Assembly (NCBI GenBank): GCA_050613775.1
Contig: JBODTK010000129.1
Span: 62,001 to 126,000, forward strand
Source: Neocallimastix sp. 'constans'
Lineage: Eukaryota
DNA: 64,000 bases
Direction of reading: 5' to 3'
The notes beneath the pieces were generated by a model. The model was not told the DNA's origin and searched no databases. It saw nothing but the letters and a program-made list of their open reading frames with translations. Of the stretch, positions 1-29,569 are shown one piece after another (positions within the stretch are counted from its first letter, which is position 1; each line of letters starts with the position of its first letter). The translations under genes were made by a program, and so were the position numbers.

Positions 1-1240
1 CTTTCTTTGTATTATTGTTTTTAATATTCCATAAAAATTATCATTATTAATATATATACTTTTCAGATTATCAATTCTAAGTATATGTTAATAATATTAG
101 TAATCATAATATTAGTAATTATAATTATTAACATATTAACATATTTTTTTAATTATATATTATTACATAATACATTAATTTTATTTTCTTTTTTCCTTTA
201 GTATTATTTCTTTAATAATAATAAATATTATATAATTATATTGTATATTTTTTGTTATTATAAAATAAAATTATTAATACTTCTTATCATTTGCTTTTTA
301 TATTATATTATTTTTTTAAAAAAAAAATTATAAAAGAATTCAAAAATTAATAATTTTAATATAAGAAAACTCATTTGGAAAAGAATAAAAATATAAAAAA
401 TTTTATATAAATTTTAATATTAATTAAAAATTAAATAATTATAAAATTATTGAAATTATTATTTTATTAATTTAAATTTTATAATTAATAAAAAGTTTAA
501 TAAATTAAAAAAAAAAAAAAAATTAAAATTTTATCTTTTTTTAATTTAAAAATATATGAAGGGTGAAAATGGATTTTAAATTTTAATAAATTTTTTTCAA
601 ATTGGAAATTATACATATTATTTTATTTTAAAATTTTAAATTAAACAATAAAAATAAAAATAAAATGTAAATATCAGTATGTATGTCATAATTTATATAT
701 AAATATATATGATGAAATTATAATTATATAATCGTTTTAGCAAATGTTATATCATTATCATTTGTTGAAAATTTATAAAAGATTATTTTTAAATAATTAT
801 AATTCCTTAATAAGAAATGTGAATATATAATAGTAATAATATTAAAATCAAAAAACCATTAACTTGTATCAATTAAAAGCATAATAATACTAGAATTAAT
901 AATATTTAAAAATTCATTATAAATTTATTTTTTGAATAAAAACTAACATATATAATTTAATAATAATTCTTAAATTTATTTTTAGGTATTGAATGTTTAA
1001 TTTAAAAAAAATATATTTAAATAGATTTCATTTTGAAATTTATTATTTGAATATTTCTTTAATTTCTTTTTAAAATAATACAAATATCTATAATAAATAA
1101 ATAATATAGTAATAATTATTATATTAGTAATTTTTATTTTAAATATAACAAAAAAAAAATAATAAAAATAAAAATAAAAATAAGAAAACAAACAACAAAA
1201 AGCAAGGAGTAAAGAATTAACTCAAACTCAAACTCAAATT

Positions 1241-1276
<36 letters not shown>

Positions 1277-1583
1277 GCTTCTATATTTATATAATGAAAT
1301 AGGATTTCACACTTTATACACTGAAATCATCATAAATTCTATGAAATTATTAAATATTTAATACACTGTAAATATTTTAAATGTTTTATATTAAAGAAAT
1401 AACAGAAATTTTAAAATATAATAGTAATAGTAATGATAAAATAAAATGAAAAAATAAAAACTATTATAATTTATAATTTTTATTTTATTTTTAACTATTA
1501 TAAATTTATTCTAAAATAATAATTATTATTTTAAAAAATAATTTATACCCTATTTTTGAAATATTAACAACTGTAACAATAAT

Positions 1584-1634
<51 letters not shown>

Positions 1635-1747
1635 TATTTTAAATATATATATATATATATGTAATAATAAAGAAAATAAAATAATACAAGTAACAACAAG
1701 TAACAATAATCTATTAATTTAAAAATAAATAAATTATTATCAGAACA

Positions 1748-3422
1748 ATGGAAAGTAATGGACTTGTTAATAATGTAATAATAAAAATATTTTTTGCCTT
1801 AATATATTTTAAATTAACAAAAAATGCAAAAGCTTAATATTTTATTTGTTATAATATTATAAATTAAATTAGTATTACCCCAAATCATTAAATGTTCCTT
1901 TTTCAACCTCTAATAATGGTTTATCTATTGAAAATAATTTTCAGAACTATAGTAATATTTTTATATAAAATATATTTATATAAAATATATATATATATAT
2001 ATTTATAATTACGGATTTCAATATACGTTTTATACTAATAAAAATTATTACGATTTAATATTAATATATTAGCATTTAGTTATTCAGAAGATAATTCTAT
2101 ACAAAATACTTTTAACAATGAATTTTCAAATGAAGATATACATTTAAATCATAATCAAATTGATAAATGTTCTATTATTTTTGAAAAAAATGATATTAAC
2201 TCTTCTCAAGAAATAAATAAAAAAAAAACATCGGCTTTATCATCAGCACTTCGAGCTTCACACCAATTAAGTAATATAGACAGCAATAATAATAATAATC
2301 AAAATAATGGGGAAGTTATTGTAATAAATAATAAAAATTATAATTATAATAAAACCAATAATGATGATAGTAAACCACCAAAATCAATTGATATATCTAC
2401 AAATATTTTAAGTAATAATGATGAAAGCGAAAAAAAAACTCAAATTTTAAATGCATCAACAAACAAGAATAAATTATCGCTAATACCGTATGATAATGAA
2501 AATAACATAGGTATGTCACATTTTACAAATAGTGAAACAAATTTATTATCAACTCAGGAAAATTTTATTTTATTTAATAATTCAGAAAGTCTTCAAAATT
2601 CAAATGGTATAAATTGTAATGAAACGTTTAATATAAATCGTAATAAAAATATTATTTGTAAATCATGCCAAAAGAAGATTAAAGAGCAGTTTACTAAAAA
2701 TCATGATAATTTTATATCACTCAATTTACCTGTAAACATATCAAATGTTAACTCCATTGATATTATTGGTGCTGGAAATGATCGTAATAGTATTACCACG
2801 AATACATTAAATCGTATGCTAAATTCACCGTCTTATAATCAACTTTCTATTTTTGATGAACAACATTATTCAAATGAAAAATCGAAACTTTCAAATAATA
2901 ATGAAGAACTAAAAGTAATGGAAAATTATTATAATAATGATGAATTTAACAAGAAAACTGATGAAATCCACTCAACTTTAAAGGAATCACCCAAACTTAG
3001 TAATAATAATCTAAATAAATATGATTTAAATTATAATAAAGATGTAATTAAACAAAATAATAATGATCGAAATAATTATTTAATTTCAAAAAAAATATAT
3101 TCACTATCACTGAATGATAGTGACTACTTGAAAAATAATAATAATTCTTTTACTCCGTTAAATACCACAGCTAATATATTTGAAAATGAAATAGCATTAT
3201 TTCATCCTAATGAAGATTTTACAGAAATATCAATAGAAAAAGGCAATTCTTATAATAATAATGATATTCAAAATAATATCGTTAGTACTATTCCTATTCA
3301 ATATAAAAAACAAAATAATAATTTTATGAAAAAAGATATTCAAAAATTTGGTGAAATTAATAAGGAAGATAATAGTAATAATAATGATATAAATAATGAT
3401 AATAATTATGATAATAATAATG

Positions 3423-3455
<33 letters not shown>

Positions 3456-5649
3456 GTGATAATGAAGTTAATCCTCATGGCAAAGTAGATAGGAGTGAAA
3501 ATTTAATTATTTTTAAAATTAATAATGAAAAAAAATATTTATCAAGAATAGGTAATGAATCAAAGAGCAGTTTTGGTGATGATGACATTGGAGTATACCC
3601 ATTCAAAAATGAAGATGATTTAATTGATAAATCTTCGCCAACTTCACTTCCTTTACTTCCATATGGACATCAAGTGGGTGGACATGCACCATTCTTAAGA
3701 TTTTCAGATAAAGCTTTATGTAAATTAATGAATCCTAAAGAAAAGGCATTTTATGAATCTATTAATAATATATATCCTGAATTAAGGCCATTTATTCCTG
3801 GTTATTATGGTGTTATTAATGTTTACTTCAATAATTCAGGAAATTTGGGAAATAATAGTTCTTGGGCTGACACTATTCCTGTAGCTGTTTTTGATGATGA
3901 ACCTTTTAATAAATCATTTTCTTTAGATTCTGCTCTTAGTAAATCATCTTCACAATCCTTAAGTATTTCATCACGTAATAATTATTTAAATCATAATCAT
4001 TCATGTAAAGCATGTGGAAAATCTAATATATCTTCATCATTACTATCAAATAATAATTCAGAAATAACACTTAATAATTCTCTAAATAATGATAAAGAAA
4101 AAGCAAAAAATATTGACATTAAAAGTAATAATAAAAAGATTCCAGTGAAATATTTAACATCCTATACTAACGACGAATCTAATATGCATTATAATTACTA
4201 TCAAAAACTTCGTGAGAGAGTTTTACGAGATGCATTAACTGTTCAAAATCGTAGAAATAGATATTCCCAATTACGAGCATCATCAATTGCAAAGTTAAAG
4301 AGAAGGCACTCAATGAATGCATTAAATAATAATGGATACCAAGAATATTCTCCATTACAAAATAATAATACTATTCTTCGAAATAATTTAAATAATAACT
4401 TAATAGAACAAAATATCAATCCTTGGTCTTTGCATTGTCTTAATAATCAAATTAATAAATTGGATCAAAATGATAAAGAAAATCAAAAACCTCAGCAATT
4501 TATATTAATAGAAGATTTGACTTATGGTATGAAATATCCATGTATTTTAGATCTTAAAATGGGAACGCGTCAACATGGTGTAGATGCAACTCCTCAAAAA
4601 AGAAAATCTCAAGAAAAGAAATGTGAATCAACAACAAGTAAATTATTTGGTGTTAGAATGTGTGGAATGCAGGTAATATATATATATATATACATATAAT
4701 ATTTAAATTAATATTTATGTAATACAAACAATCCATATATCATTTTTCTTATAATATATGTTTTAATATTTTTTATTAAAAAAAAAAAAAAAAAAAAAAA
4801 ACATTTGATTAATTAATTACCATTATATATTTCATATATTAATAAAAAAATTTTAATAAATATATAAATATATATGTATATGATATAAATTAGGTTTATA
4901 AAACAACAACGAAAACATTTGAATATTCAGATAAGTATAAAGGAAGAAAAATTGAAGCATCACATTTTAAAGAAGGTTTATTATCATTCCTTGATAATGG
5001 TGAAAAAGTATTAGTAGGATTTATACCAAAAATTATTGAAAAATTAAAAACATTATATTCAGTAGTAGAAAAATTAAATACTTCCCGTTTTTATGCTAGT
5101 AGTTTAATGCTTTTTTATGATGGTGCATGGGTCGAAAATGAAGAAGAAACTAATAATAAAAATAATAATAATAATAGTAATAGTAAGAATAATAGTAAGA
5201 ATAAATAATAATAAATAAAAGTATGCAATATAATATATATAATAAATAATATACTTATAGTTCAACATTTCAATAATTATTTAGGTAATGATATTGATGA
5301 TGATTCTTACTCAACAGTTCAACAAAGTTTAAAAAACAAGGAAGTAGTAGTTCATTTAATTGATTTTGCTCATTGTACAAATGAGGCTCACTTAATGGTT
5401 TCCACAGATCCTAAAAAAAGGGATAATATTGATGTAACAAAGCCAGTGATTAATCCTGTTACTGGAAAACCAGAAAACTATATTTTAGTTCCCTTTCCAC
5501 CAACTCATAAAGGTCCAGATAGGGGATATTTATTAGGTGTAGGAAATTTAATTATGTTTTTCGAAGAAATATATAAAGATTTTGGTGCAAACGGTCATGT
5601 TTATAAAAAGGATTATCCAGAATTTTTCAATAGTATCAAAAACGAATGA
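1748..5649 (+). CDS. KCS1: Inositol polyphosphate kinase, IP6K/Kcs1-like (spliced; exons approx. 1748-1774, 1873-1951, 2073-4672, 4894-~5190, 5285-5649)
   Basis: IPK-family motifs in order: QVGGH, IEDLT, PCILDLKMGTRQ (PxxxDxKxG), SSLMLFYD, LIDFAH, GPDRGYLLG. GT-AG introns join the exons in frame. Long Asn-rich N-terminus. The exon-4 donor position is ambiguous. Confidence 0.9.
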
Positions 5650-6183
5650 GACAAAACAAAATAAATAAACGAGAATGAAAATTCAATAATAACTATAAAT
5701 ACTACCTCTTCAAAAAAAAAAAAATAAAAATAATAAAAAAATAAAATAAATAAATAAAAATAAAAATAATTATTTATATATAATTTATTAATATTTAATA
5801 AATATAAAAAAAAATTGTTATATTACAAATCACATTAATAAAATATTAATAATAATAAAAAAAGTTATAATACTTTTTATTTAATGATTATTCGTTTATA
5901 TTATTATAATGTTATAAAAAATATATATAATATTATAATATATAGTTTAATATATATATTTCATATTTCAATTAATCTTTATTTCATATTATTATATATA
6001 TATATTTTTTTTTAATTTATTTAAAGTTATTATATTGAATATATAGATATATATTTTTTTATTTATTTTACTTCAATATAAATAGTTTATTGTTACCTAA
6101 CATAAAATATAAGCAAAATATAAATAATTTAATAATTATATAAAAATTAATTTTTAATTTTAATTTATGTATATATATATATA

Positions 6184-6214
<31 letters not shown>

Positions 6215-6436
6215 GTATTTCTATTTTAAAAATAATTATTTATTGATAATTATTTAATTAACCTGTAAATTTTTATTTGCATTTAATTGTAATTTAATGG
6301 TTCTTTATATTTTATCTTGAATAAAAGGAATGTATTATAATATAATTTGTGTTTAATCAACAATTTCAAGATTACTATTATTATAATATAAATGTTATAT
6401 TGTTCAAAAAAACATCAATATTTTATGTTTTATATA

Positions 6437-6486
<50 letters not shown>

Positions 6487-6589
6487 TATAAATAATATAC
6501 TTATTTATATTATATATATAACTACAAAAAAATAATAATAATAATAAAATTTAAAATTTTAAAAATATAATTACATTTATGAAAGTTTT

Positions 6590-9215
<2,626 letters not shown>

Positions 9216-9622
9216 TTTTTTATATTTAAATAAAGGAAATACAATTATTTATTAATATATTTATAACTATTATTATTGATTGATATATTGATTATTCAAT
9301 ATTTAAAATATAGAATAGAAAATTTAAAATAATAATAATGACAATTATAAATATATATATAACAAAAACTTTATCAATAGCAGTACAACACAATTGTATA
9401 ATATAATAATATAAACAAAATAAAATAAAAAAATATAATAAGATATAATAAAATAAAATAAATAAATAAATAATAACAATAAATATATATATATATATAG
9501 TTATAAATTAAATGATAAGAATCTGATAATTAATAAAAGAATGGTACTGTAATTAACAATTTTATATATATGAAATAATTATAGCATTAAACTTATTATA
9601 TATATATTAGCATAACAGGAAA

Positions 9623-9670
<48 letters not shown>

Positions 9671-10990
9671 ATGTAGAATTTCGTTATAGCATAGAACAAA
9701 AAGACTAGATTGTCAAAAAATAAGAATAAAATAAATATGATATATTTAATTATTTAAGTATAATTTTTTATATATGCAATTTTAATTATTTAAAATTGTG
9801 TTATTTATCAATAAATTCTGTAAAACATTATTCATATAACATAGTTGTTTTATCATTTATTGTTATTTTATATTTTCTATTTTTTATATTTTATTCTTTT
9901 ATACTTTTTAACATAAAAAATGAAATTAAAATTTCTGATTAAAGTATTATAATTAAGTTTAATCCAATAATATCAAAGATTTGATTTAATTTAGGTTACT
10001 AAATTTGTTTAAATTTTAAATTTAAAAAAATTATTCCCAATAGGGCCAAAAATATAATATTCATGGAAAAAATTTTAACATTTATCATATATTAAAGTAC
10101 AATGTTTTATAAATCATTCATAATAAATCGATATATTAATTATCAATAATATTAAAATTAATATTATTCACTATTAATTATTTAATTTATGAATATATTA
10201 TTTTTTTTTTCAATTAATAATAATAAAAATTAATGAAAATAAATATAATGAATAATAAATTAATAAATATAAAAAATATTAATTAATTATGAATTTACTA
10301 TACAATATTTTTTTTAAAAAAATATAATTATTCATTGACATTTATAAAAGATAAATAAAATATATGTTCATAACTTTCATTTTATAAATCTTATTCTTTT
10401 AGGAAAGACATCAATAAAAATAATTAAAATTTATTCTTAATAAAATATATTTTAAAAGCTAAACATTAGAAATTAATTAAACATTCAAAAAATATATAAA
10501 TAGTTGTATTTAAAATCTATTTTATATATTATTTTTTACTCATATATATTTTTATAAAAATTGAAATTACTTTTATTAATTTAACAAATTTCAGTAAAAA
10601 AATTTAAAATTAAGAAAAATTTAAACAAATCATTCAATTGTTTCAATTTTTTATTCATAATATTATAATTCAATATTTTTAAGTAAATAATTTAATAATC
10701 TTAAATTTCATTATTGCTTTATACTACAATTAACTAAAATCCAGTTATTTTGAAATACATCATTTGTTTAAATAATATTATATATATATATATTGCAAGA
10801 CCCGATTTGTCTTCAATATCATATGAAAATATTTTAAATTATCATTAAAACTTATATTATATCTCCAATAAAATTAAATCTATTTCAATGAATTAAATAA
10901 AATTAATTTTAATAAACGAGTAACAATAATTATATATTTTAAATTTGTAAAGACAAATAATTTAAATATTTAATTAAATTTTTTTAAAAA

Positions 10991-23058
<12,068 letters not shown>

Positions 23059-23760
23059 TTAAACCATTTTACTAAATTTTACTCAATAATATATATTATC
23101 TATGAAATATATATATCTCTTTATTAGAAAATAAAAATATATAATTTATATATATTATTTTATTTTCAGATTATTTTTTATCTTCTATTACAATTTCATT
23201 ATATTTTATTATATATCTATATTTTTTAATTCATAATACACATATTTTATTATTAATTATCATCAGTATTTAATATAACATTATTAATTTATAAAGTATC
23301 ATTATTATAATTTTTTTTTTAATTTATGATTCATATTTGAATATGTAAGCATATTTTAAATTAAAAGAATTTAAATAAAAATTAACACATTAAAAAAAAA
23401 ATATATATATATATATATATAATAAGAATTTATGCAAATATATACAATAAACTTTCAATTTATCTTAAAGTTATTAAATAAATATATATATTTTTATTGA
23501 ATCTATTTTTAAATTTTAAAAAAAAAAAAGTTAAAAAAAATTTTTTTTTTTAAATAAATATATATTTTTATGTTATCTATTTTAAATTATTAAATGATAT
23601 ACTATAATTATTAATATCAATTATCTAAATAAATATTTTAAATTTTTATTTTATTATTATTATCTATATTTAAATTAATCTTTCTAAAATGTATATAAAT
23701 GCATATACATAATGATAATATTTATTAAATAAATAAAGTAAATAAAATGTAATAATAAAA

Positions 23761-24359
23761 TTACATTGAATTTAAAGTTTCATTATTCTTTTTCATAAAA
23801 GATTTCAATTCAACTGGCATAAATATTTCATGATTTTCATGATTTACTTCATTTATTTTTTTTGCTTCATAAAGTGATTCAACATTTTTGTAATTTTTGT
23901 ATTTTTCATCAAATTGGGTTAAAATTAAACTTATTTTTTCATTATTACTTTTATCAAGTTCTGTTAAAAATTTTAAAGCACTTTATAATATATTAACAAA
24001 TAAAATAAAAAATAAATTTCTATTATTCAAATTAATAATTTAAAATATATATAAATATATAATTACTACCTTACTTCTCCGTATTGTTCTCCTAATTTTG
24101 ATCCATTATCAAAACCAATTTTAAATCCTGTTTCAAAACCTTTCTGAATTGTATTTTCTTTTCCATAATCCAATCCTTGTACGTAACCCATCTATTTATA
24201 AAAACAATTTAAAATAAGATTAATATTAAAACATATTTTAAATTATTAAAAATTTATATATACATTTTGATTAATTTCATTCATTCTATTATAATTTCTT
24301 TCTGTCATGATTTTTTCATATTCAGAATCATCACAATCATCCCATATATCATCATCCAT
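23761..24359 (-). CDS. YAE1: Yae1-family protein (Fe-S maturation adaptor for Rli1/ABCE1), 145 aa; exons 24359-24264, 24191-24070, 23980-23761
   Basis: MDDDIWDD start, then the GX3 repeat GYVQGLDYGKENTIQKGFETGFKIGFDNGSKLGEQYG. Intron phases are consistent and give 438 nt in total. Confidence 0.82.
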
Positions 24360-24583
24360 TTTAATTTAATATAGATTTTTATTTAAATATAAAAATAAAA
24401 TGCTGAAAATAATTATAAATTTATAAAAAAAAATAATTATAAATTTATAAAAAAAAAATAATAAAATAAAATAAAAATGAAAATAAATAATTCATGTTTC
24501 ACAAAAAAAAAAATAATAATAATAAAATTTTTAATATACATTTAAAAATTTTAGTATTATTGTATTTATATTATTGTTATTTA

Positions 24584-26633
24584 TTTTTTTTTTTTTTTAA
24601 CGGCAGCAAACTTGTTTCATCTTTATTAATTAAATATTTGATAAAATACATGTAATAAAATAATATAATAAAAGATAAAAAATATTAACAAAAAATAAAA
24701 CACAAAATAAAATAAAATAATGGTATAATATATTCTAGTTTCATTTAATTAATATTTGTAAGACTTCACAAGGGCATTATTATACTAAAGTATAATAATT
24801 AATTTTGACTTTGCAATGTTAATCATAATTTTAAGATACAAAATTATGATCTTCATTGGTTGCGCTAGCCCTGCTGGCCTGTCTTACTGTTTCTTCAGCA
24901 TTGACGCTCTTGGTAGTAGTAGTATGATTCGATTTGAACCTATTGAACAAAGACCATTGCTGGCCAATAGCAATAGGTATAATCGATTGGAGAAGTGCCG
25001 CAGTAACCACCAAGAACGGAGTATCAGAATAAGCACCTGATTTCATCTGGCACTTAAATAGATCCTTCCATTCTCTTGTACTGTTATTAATACTTCGACC
25101 TCCAAGAAGGAAATTAAACACTTTTTCACACACACTAGAATCAATATACACATTATTTTCAATACTATTACTAACATTACTAAAAATACTATTACTAATA
25201 TTACTATAACTATCATTACTATTACTATTATTACTATTACTATTATTACTATTACTATTATCATTATTACTATTAATTATATCATTTGTTAGGTTGTCAC
25301 GGTTAAAAGCATTATATAAAAATAAAATTTTATCATTAACTTTAGCACGAATATGATTGAAAAAAGGACAATCAATTAACCAAGGACTTATCCATTGTTT
25401 ATTACTTTTACAACGGGGACAAAAATTAGGACACATTTGATCTATTATTTTTGTAGCTTTAGCAATTCTAGCATCTAATCTATATCCGCTTCGTGCTCTC
25501 AATAGCCAATAGAAATCATATGAAAGATCAGGATATTCATAACAAAGTTTTATAAGTTTTGATGTTTCTTCGAATTTGTTTTTGTCATAAAACTCAGCTT
25601 TAATAGAATTGATTTTCATATCTCTTTTCCAATAAAAATCCTTGATTTTATTATCGTTATTACCTCTTTTCTCAAGTTTACGTTTAAGAGTTCTACTTTC
25701 TTTTGTCCATGTATATTTTCTAGATTTTGGAATATTATTAACTTAATAGGAAATAATACAATTTGAATCTTTCCATTTATCAAAACATTTGACTTGAGAC
25801 AAAGCACACTTAGCTGACAATGGAGGAATATTTAAATCTTTTGAAATAGAATATACATTAATAAATGATTTGGCTTTTTGTATAAATGCAATCCATCTTA
25901 ATCCTTTATTAATTAATTTCTGTGTTTTTTTTTTTTTTTTTTTTTTTTTATAGACAAGGAAGAGAATACACTTCCAAAACTTTATTAAATTTTATTTTAA
26001 AAAATACATGTAGGTGAAAAGTACATTTGAAATTAAAAATAAAAAATTAAAAAATAAAAAAATAAAAAAGCTCGAAAATACTATGTATTTCGGCAAGTTG
26101 TACTATGCGGGAATTTTTCCCTTCCTAACAAATAAGAAAGAAATAAAACCTAGAAGTAACATCTTTAAAACAGATAGTGTGGTGTCCACTAAACTCTCCC
26201 CGGATTCATCATCTATTGAACTACTAGGGCAAGATTCATCCTTCGTAGAAATAGATGATGATCCTGTATTATCATTATGCCTTATCAGTTCGACATCGAC
26301 ACTCTTGGATAAGTTTGGTATTTTGCAACACCTATCAAATAATAGCTCAAACGAACTACTTATGATAGGTATTGCACTTGTTAATTTCTGAGTATTATTT
26401 GTTCTCGCTTTATTTGAACCAAGTAAAGGCGCAAAGTAAGAGACTTTACCAAGTACATAAGAGTTAATTATAATCTTCTTAAATGGAATAGGAATTTTGG
26501 AATTTGAAAGAAATTTACAAACATAAAAGAAAGCTTAAGTAACTTTAGAGTTAAGTAATTTAATAATAGGGTTCAACGATAAGCTTTTATCAAATAGTAT
26601 ACCTAAATAGGTATAACATTTAGTTATTGGGAT
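24584..26633 (-). mobile_element. 5'-truncated, decayed non-LTR retrotransposon (LINE) with poly(A) tail and 15-bp TSD
   Basis: End of RT domain (KCYTYLGILFD, ~26590-26630), thumb region, and a C-terminal Cys motif (CPRC...WLIDCP) in ORF 24831-25619. Poly-T on + at 24584-24598. TATTATTGTTATTTA at 24569-24583 and 26634-26648. Confidence 0.88.
25923..26380 (-). mobile_element. Nested 3' fragment of a related LINE, inserted in the same orientation into the host LINE ORF
   Basis: TTAATTTCTG duplicated at 25913-25922 and 26381-26390. Poly-T on + at 25925-25949. The insert encodes SAIPIISSSFELLFDRC..SKSVDVELIR, resembling the host C-terminus SIIPIAIGQQWSLFNRF..TKSVNAEETVR. Confidence 0.85.
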
Positions 26634-27187
26634 TATTATTGTTATTTAATTTTACTCTTCTATATTGTCATTATATAATACTAAATTTTATCATTAAATA
26701 ACATTATATAAAAATATAAACTATTTAAAAACTTCAATATCAACAATTTATAAAAATATTAAAAACAAACTTTTAATCATTATTACTTCAAGTTCAAAAT
26801 AATCCTTCAATTTTTTTCACTTAAATTACACTACAAAAAATATATATATTATATCAATATCCCATATATATTATCTTTCAAATAACTATTTAATGTTATT
26901 AAATTTAATTTTTCCAGTTAGCTGTACATAAATAACTACATCATTTTCAGTTGAAATTCCTTAAAAATATATTATTATTAATATTTCCTTTTTTTACTTT
27001 TGAATTGAAAATAATTATTTAACAAATGCCCCATATTTCAACAAATTGTTAATTCTCTTAATTATACTTTTATAACACTAAAATATATTAACGACTTTTG
27101 TATTTTGTTTTTTCTTCGTTTTATAAAAATAATTGGTTTCTTTTTATTATGAACACAAAAAGACTTTTTATACAGAATTTTAATTGC

Positions 27188-27794
<607 letters not shown>

Positions 27795-29449
27795 ATTGAT
27801 AAATCCTATTCACGAGCAAGGTTATATATTTATTCAATTTATTACAATACAATATTTTTAAAGTGGAATTAATTTAATGAATATTAATAATTAGTTTTCT
27901 AACATCTTTAATATATATATCTTCACAAATCACTATAACTTTATATTTTACATATGCGTAATAACAGTTGTTTTTAACTATATAATATTATACATATTTA
28001 AATAACAAAACATTCATCAATCCATTATTCATTTTTACCTGACGGAAATTTAAGACCAATTATCAAGAGAAAGAACTAAAATAATATTATGAGATTATTT
28101 TTAATTATAGAATTCAAATTATGGAATATGATTGGGTAATAGAAATATGTCTGACAAATCAGAATAAAATATTTAAATTATAAATTTTCATTAACCTTTC
28201 TGATTTTTTTTTGCTTTTTATTTATGAAAGTTTTAATATATATGTTTTATTTTCTACTATATATAACATTTATTTATTTATTTATTTATTCATTCATTCA
28301 TTCAATTATTCAATTATTAAGATAATAATTATAACTTGAAATAAAATATAAATAAGTAATATTCTTAAAATAGTAAATAATAAAAAAATTTACAATTTCT
28401 TATTAATAAATATTTATTTGTATTTTTTTTTTTTTTTATTTATTTTTTATTTATACTTTTTATTTTTTATTTTTATTATTTTATCTTTACTTTTTGTTAT
28501 TTTTGATTTTAATTTTTCTTATTTTTGATTTTAATTTTTTTTTTTTTTTTTTTTTTTTTTTGATTTTAATTTTTTTTTTTTTTTTTTATTCTAATTTTAT
28601 CTTTTTTTTTTTTTTAATTATTATTATTTTTTGATTCTTGTTTACTTTATAAAAATATTCATTCAAAAAAATTATACATACATTTGTTTGTGTGATTATA
28701 ATTTAATATATTGTATTAACAAAGATAGTTTATAACTTTAAATTGATTTAATAAAATTAATTTCAAAAAAAAAAAAAAAAAAAAAAAAAAAGTATAAATG
28801 TTAATTACTTCATATGAAATGATACTAGTTTATGTATTTAACAGACTTTCGGCTAAAATAATAATAATAATAATAATAATAATAATTACAAATTACTTGA
28901 TGATAATCAAATTTAATATTGAATATTATATCTAAAATAGTATCAATATGTATATTTAATAAGCATATACAACCATTTTAAAAAATTGAAAAAGAGACTT
29001 GTATTATTGTAGTTTCTTTAATTTTAATTAAATTAAAAAATAAAATAAAATATATATTAATTAAATTTTATTAATTTAAATACATAAAATACAAAAACTC
29101 AAACCTAAAAGAACTTTATAATCTTATTGATAAGGAACATTATATTATATTTTTTAGAAATTAAATTTTAATTTATATTTTAAATGCATTCATTATATTG
29201 TTAAATGGAATAAAAAGCTTCTTCCTAATTAAAATAATTATTACTTGGAGATTAAGAGTAATAAAAATAAAAATTTATAAATTTTATCATTTACTTGAAT
29301 AAGTAATTTTACAAAACATTATTTATTTTAAATTTTATTGATTAGTAACTTTTAAATAACATTTTATTTATAACAATCTTTTAATAAAAAATTATCAAAT
29401 TGTTTATATTTATAAAGCAATAAAATGAAGAAAACTTTTTATTTGTCAT

Positions 29450-29529
29450 TGAGAGCGCCGACATAGTACCGGTATGGCAGTTAATCATACACCCATATTA
29501 ATATATGGGGGAGACAAAAGTCTTCAGTC

Positions 29530-29566
<37 letters not shown>
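29450..29566 (+). mobile_element. Short retroposed insert (~83 nt plus poly-A) with 12-bp TSD; a SINE or an extremely 5'-truncated LINE
   Basis: GC-richer island ending GTCTAT(A)n. TTTATTTGTCAT at 29438-29449 and 29567-29578. Confidence 0.82.

Positions 29567-29569
<3 letters not shown>

Noticed and set aside
997..1706. Short F/I/Y-rich ORFs (also 3230-3478, 22102-22356, 34813-35054, 35996-36223, 38657-38878, 45164-45358)
   Set aside because: Translations of homopolymers and microsatellites, or the antisense of real exons.
26014..26391. 125-aa plus-strand ORF
   Set aside because: Antisense of the nested LINE 3' end; no independent coding signal.
28125..28156. Possible C/D snoRNA (ATGATT...CTGA) upstream of RPL40
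   Set aside because: Too short, imperfect C box, and no terminal stem or recognisable guide.
28801..28830. Palindrome plus CTAG resembling a Helitron 3' end
   Set aside because: The hairpin is short and AT-rich, and no matching 5' end or Rep/helicase remnant is visible.
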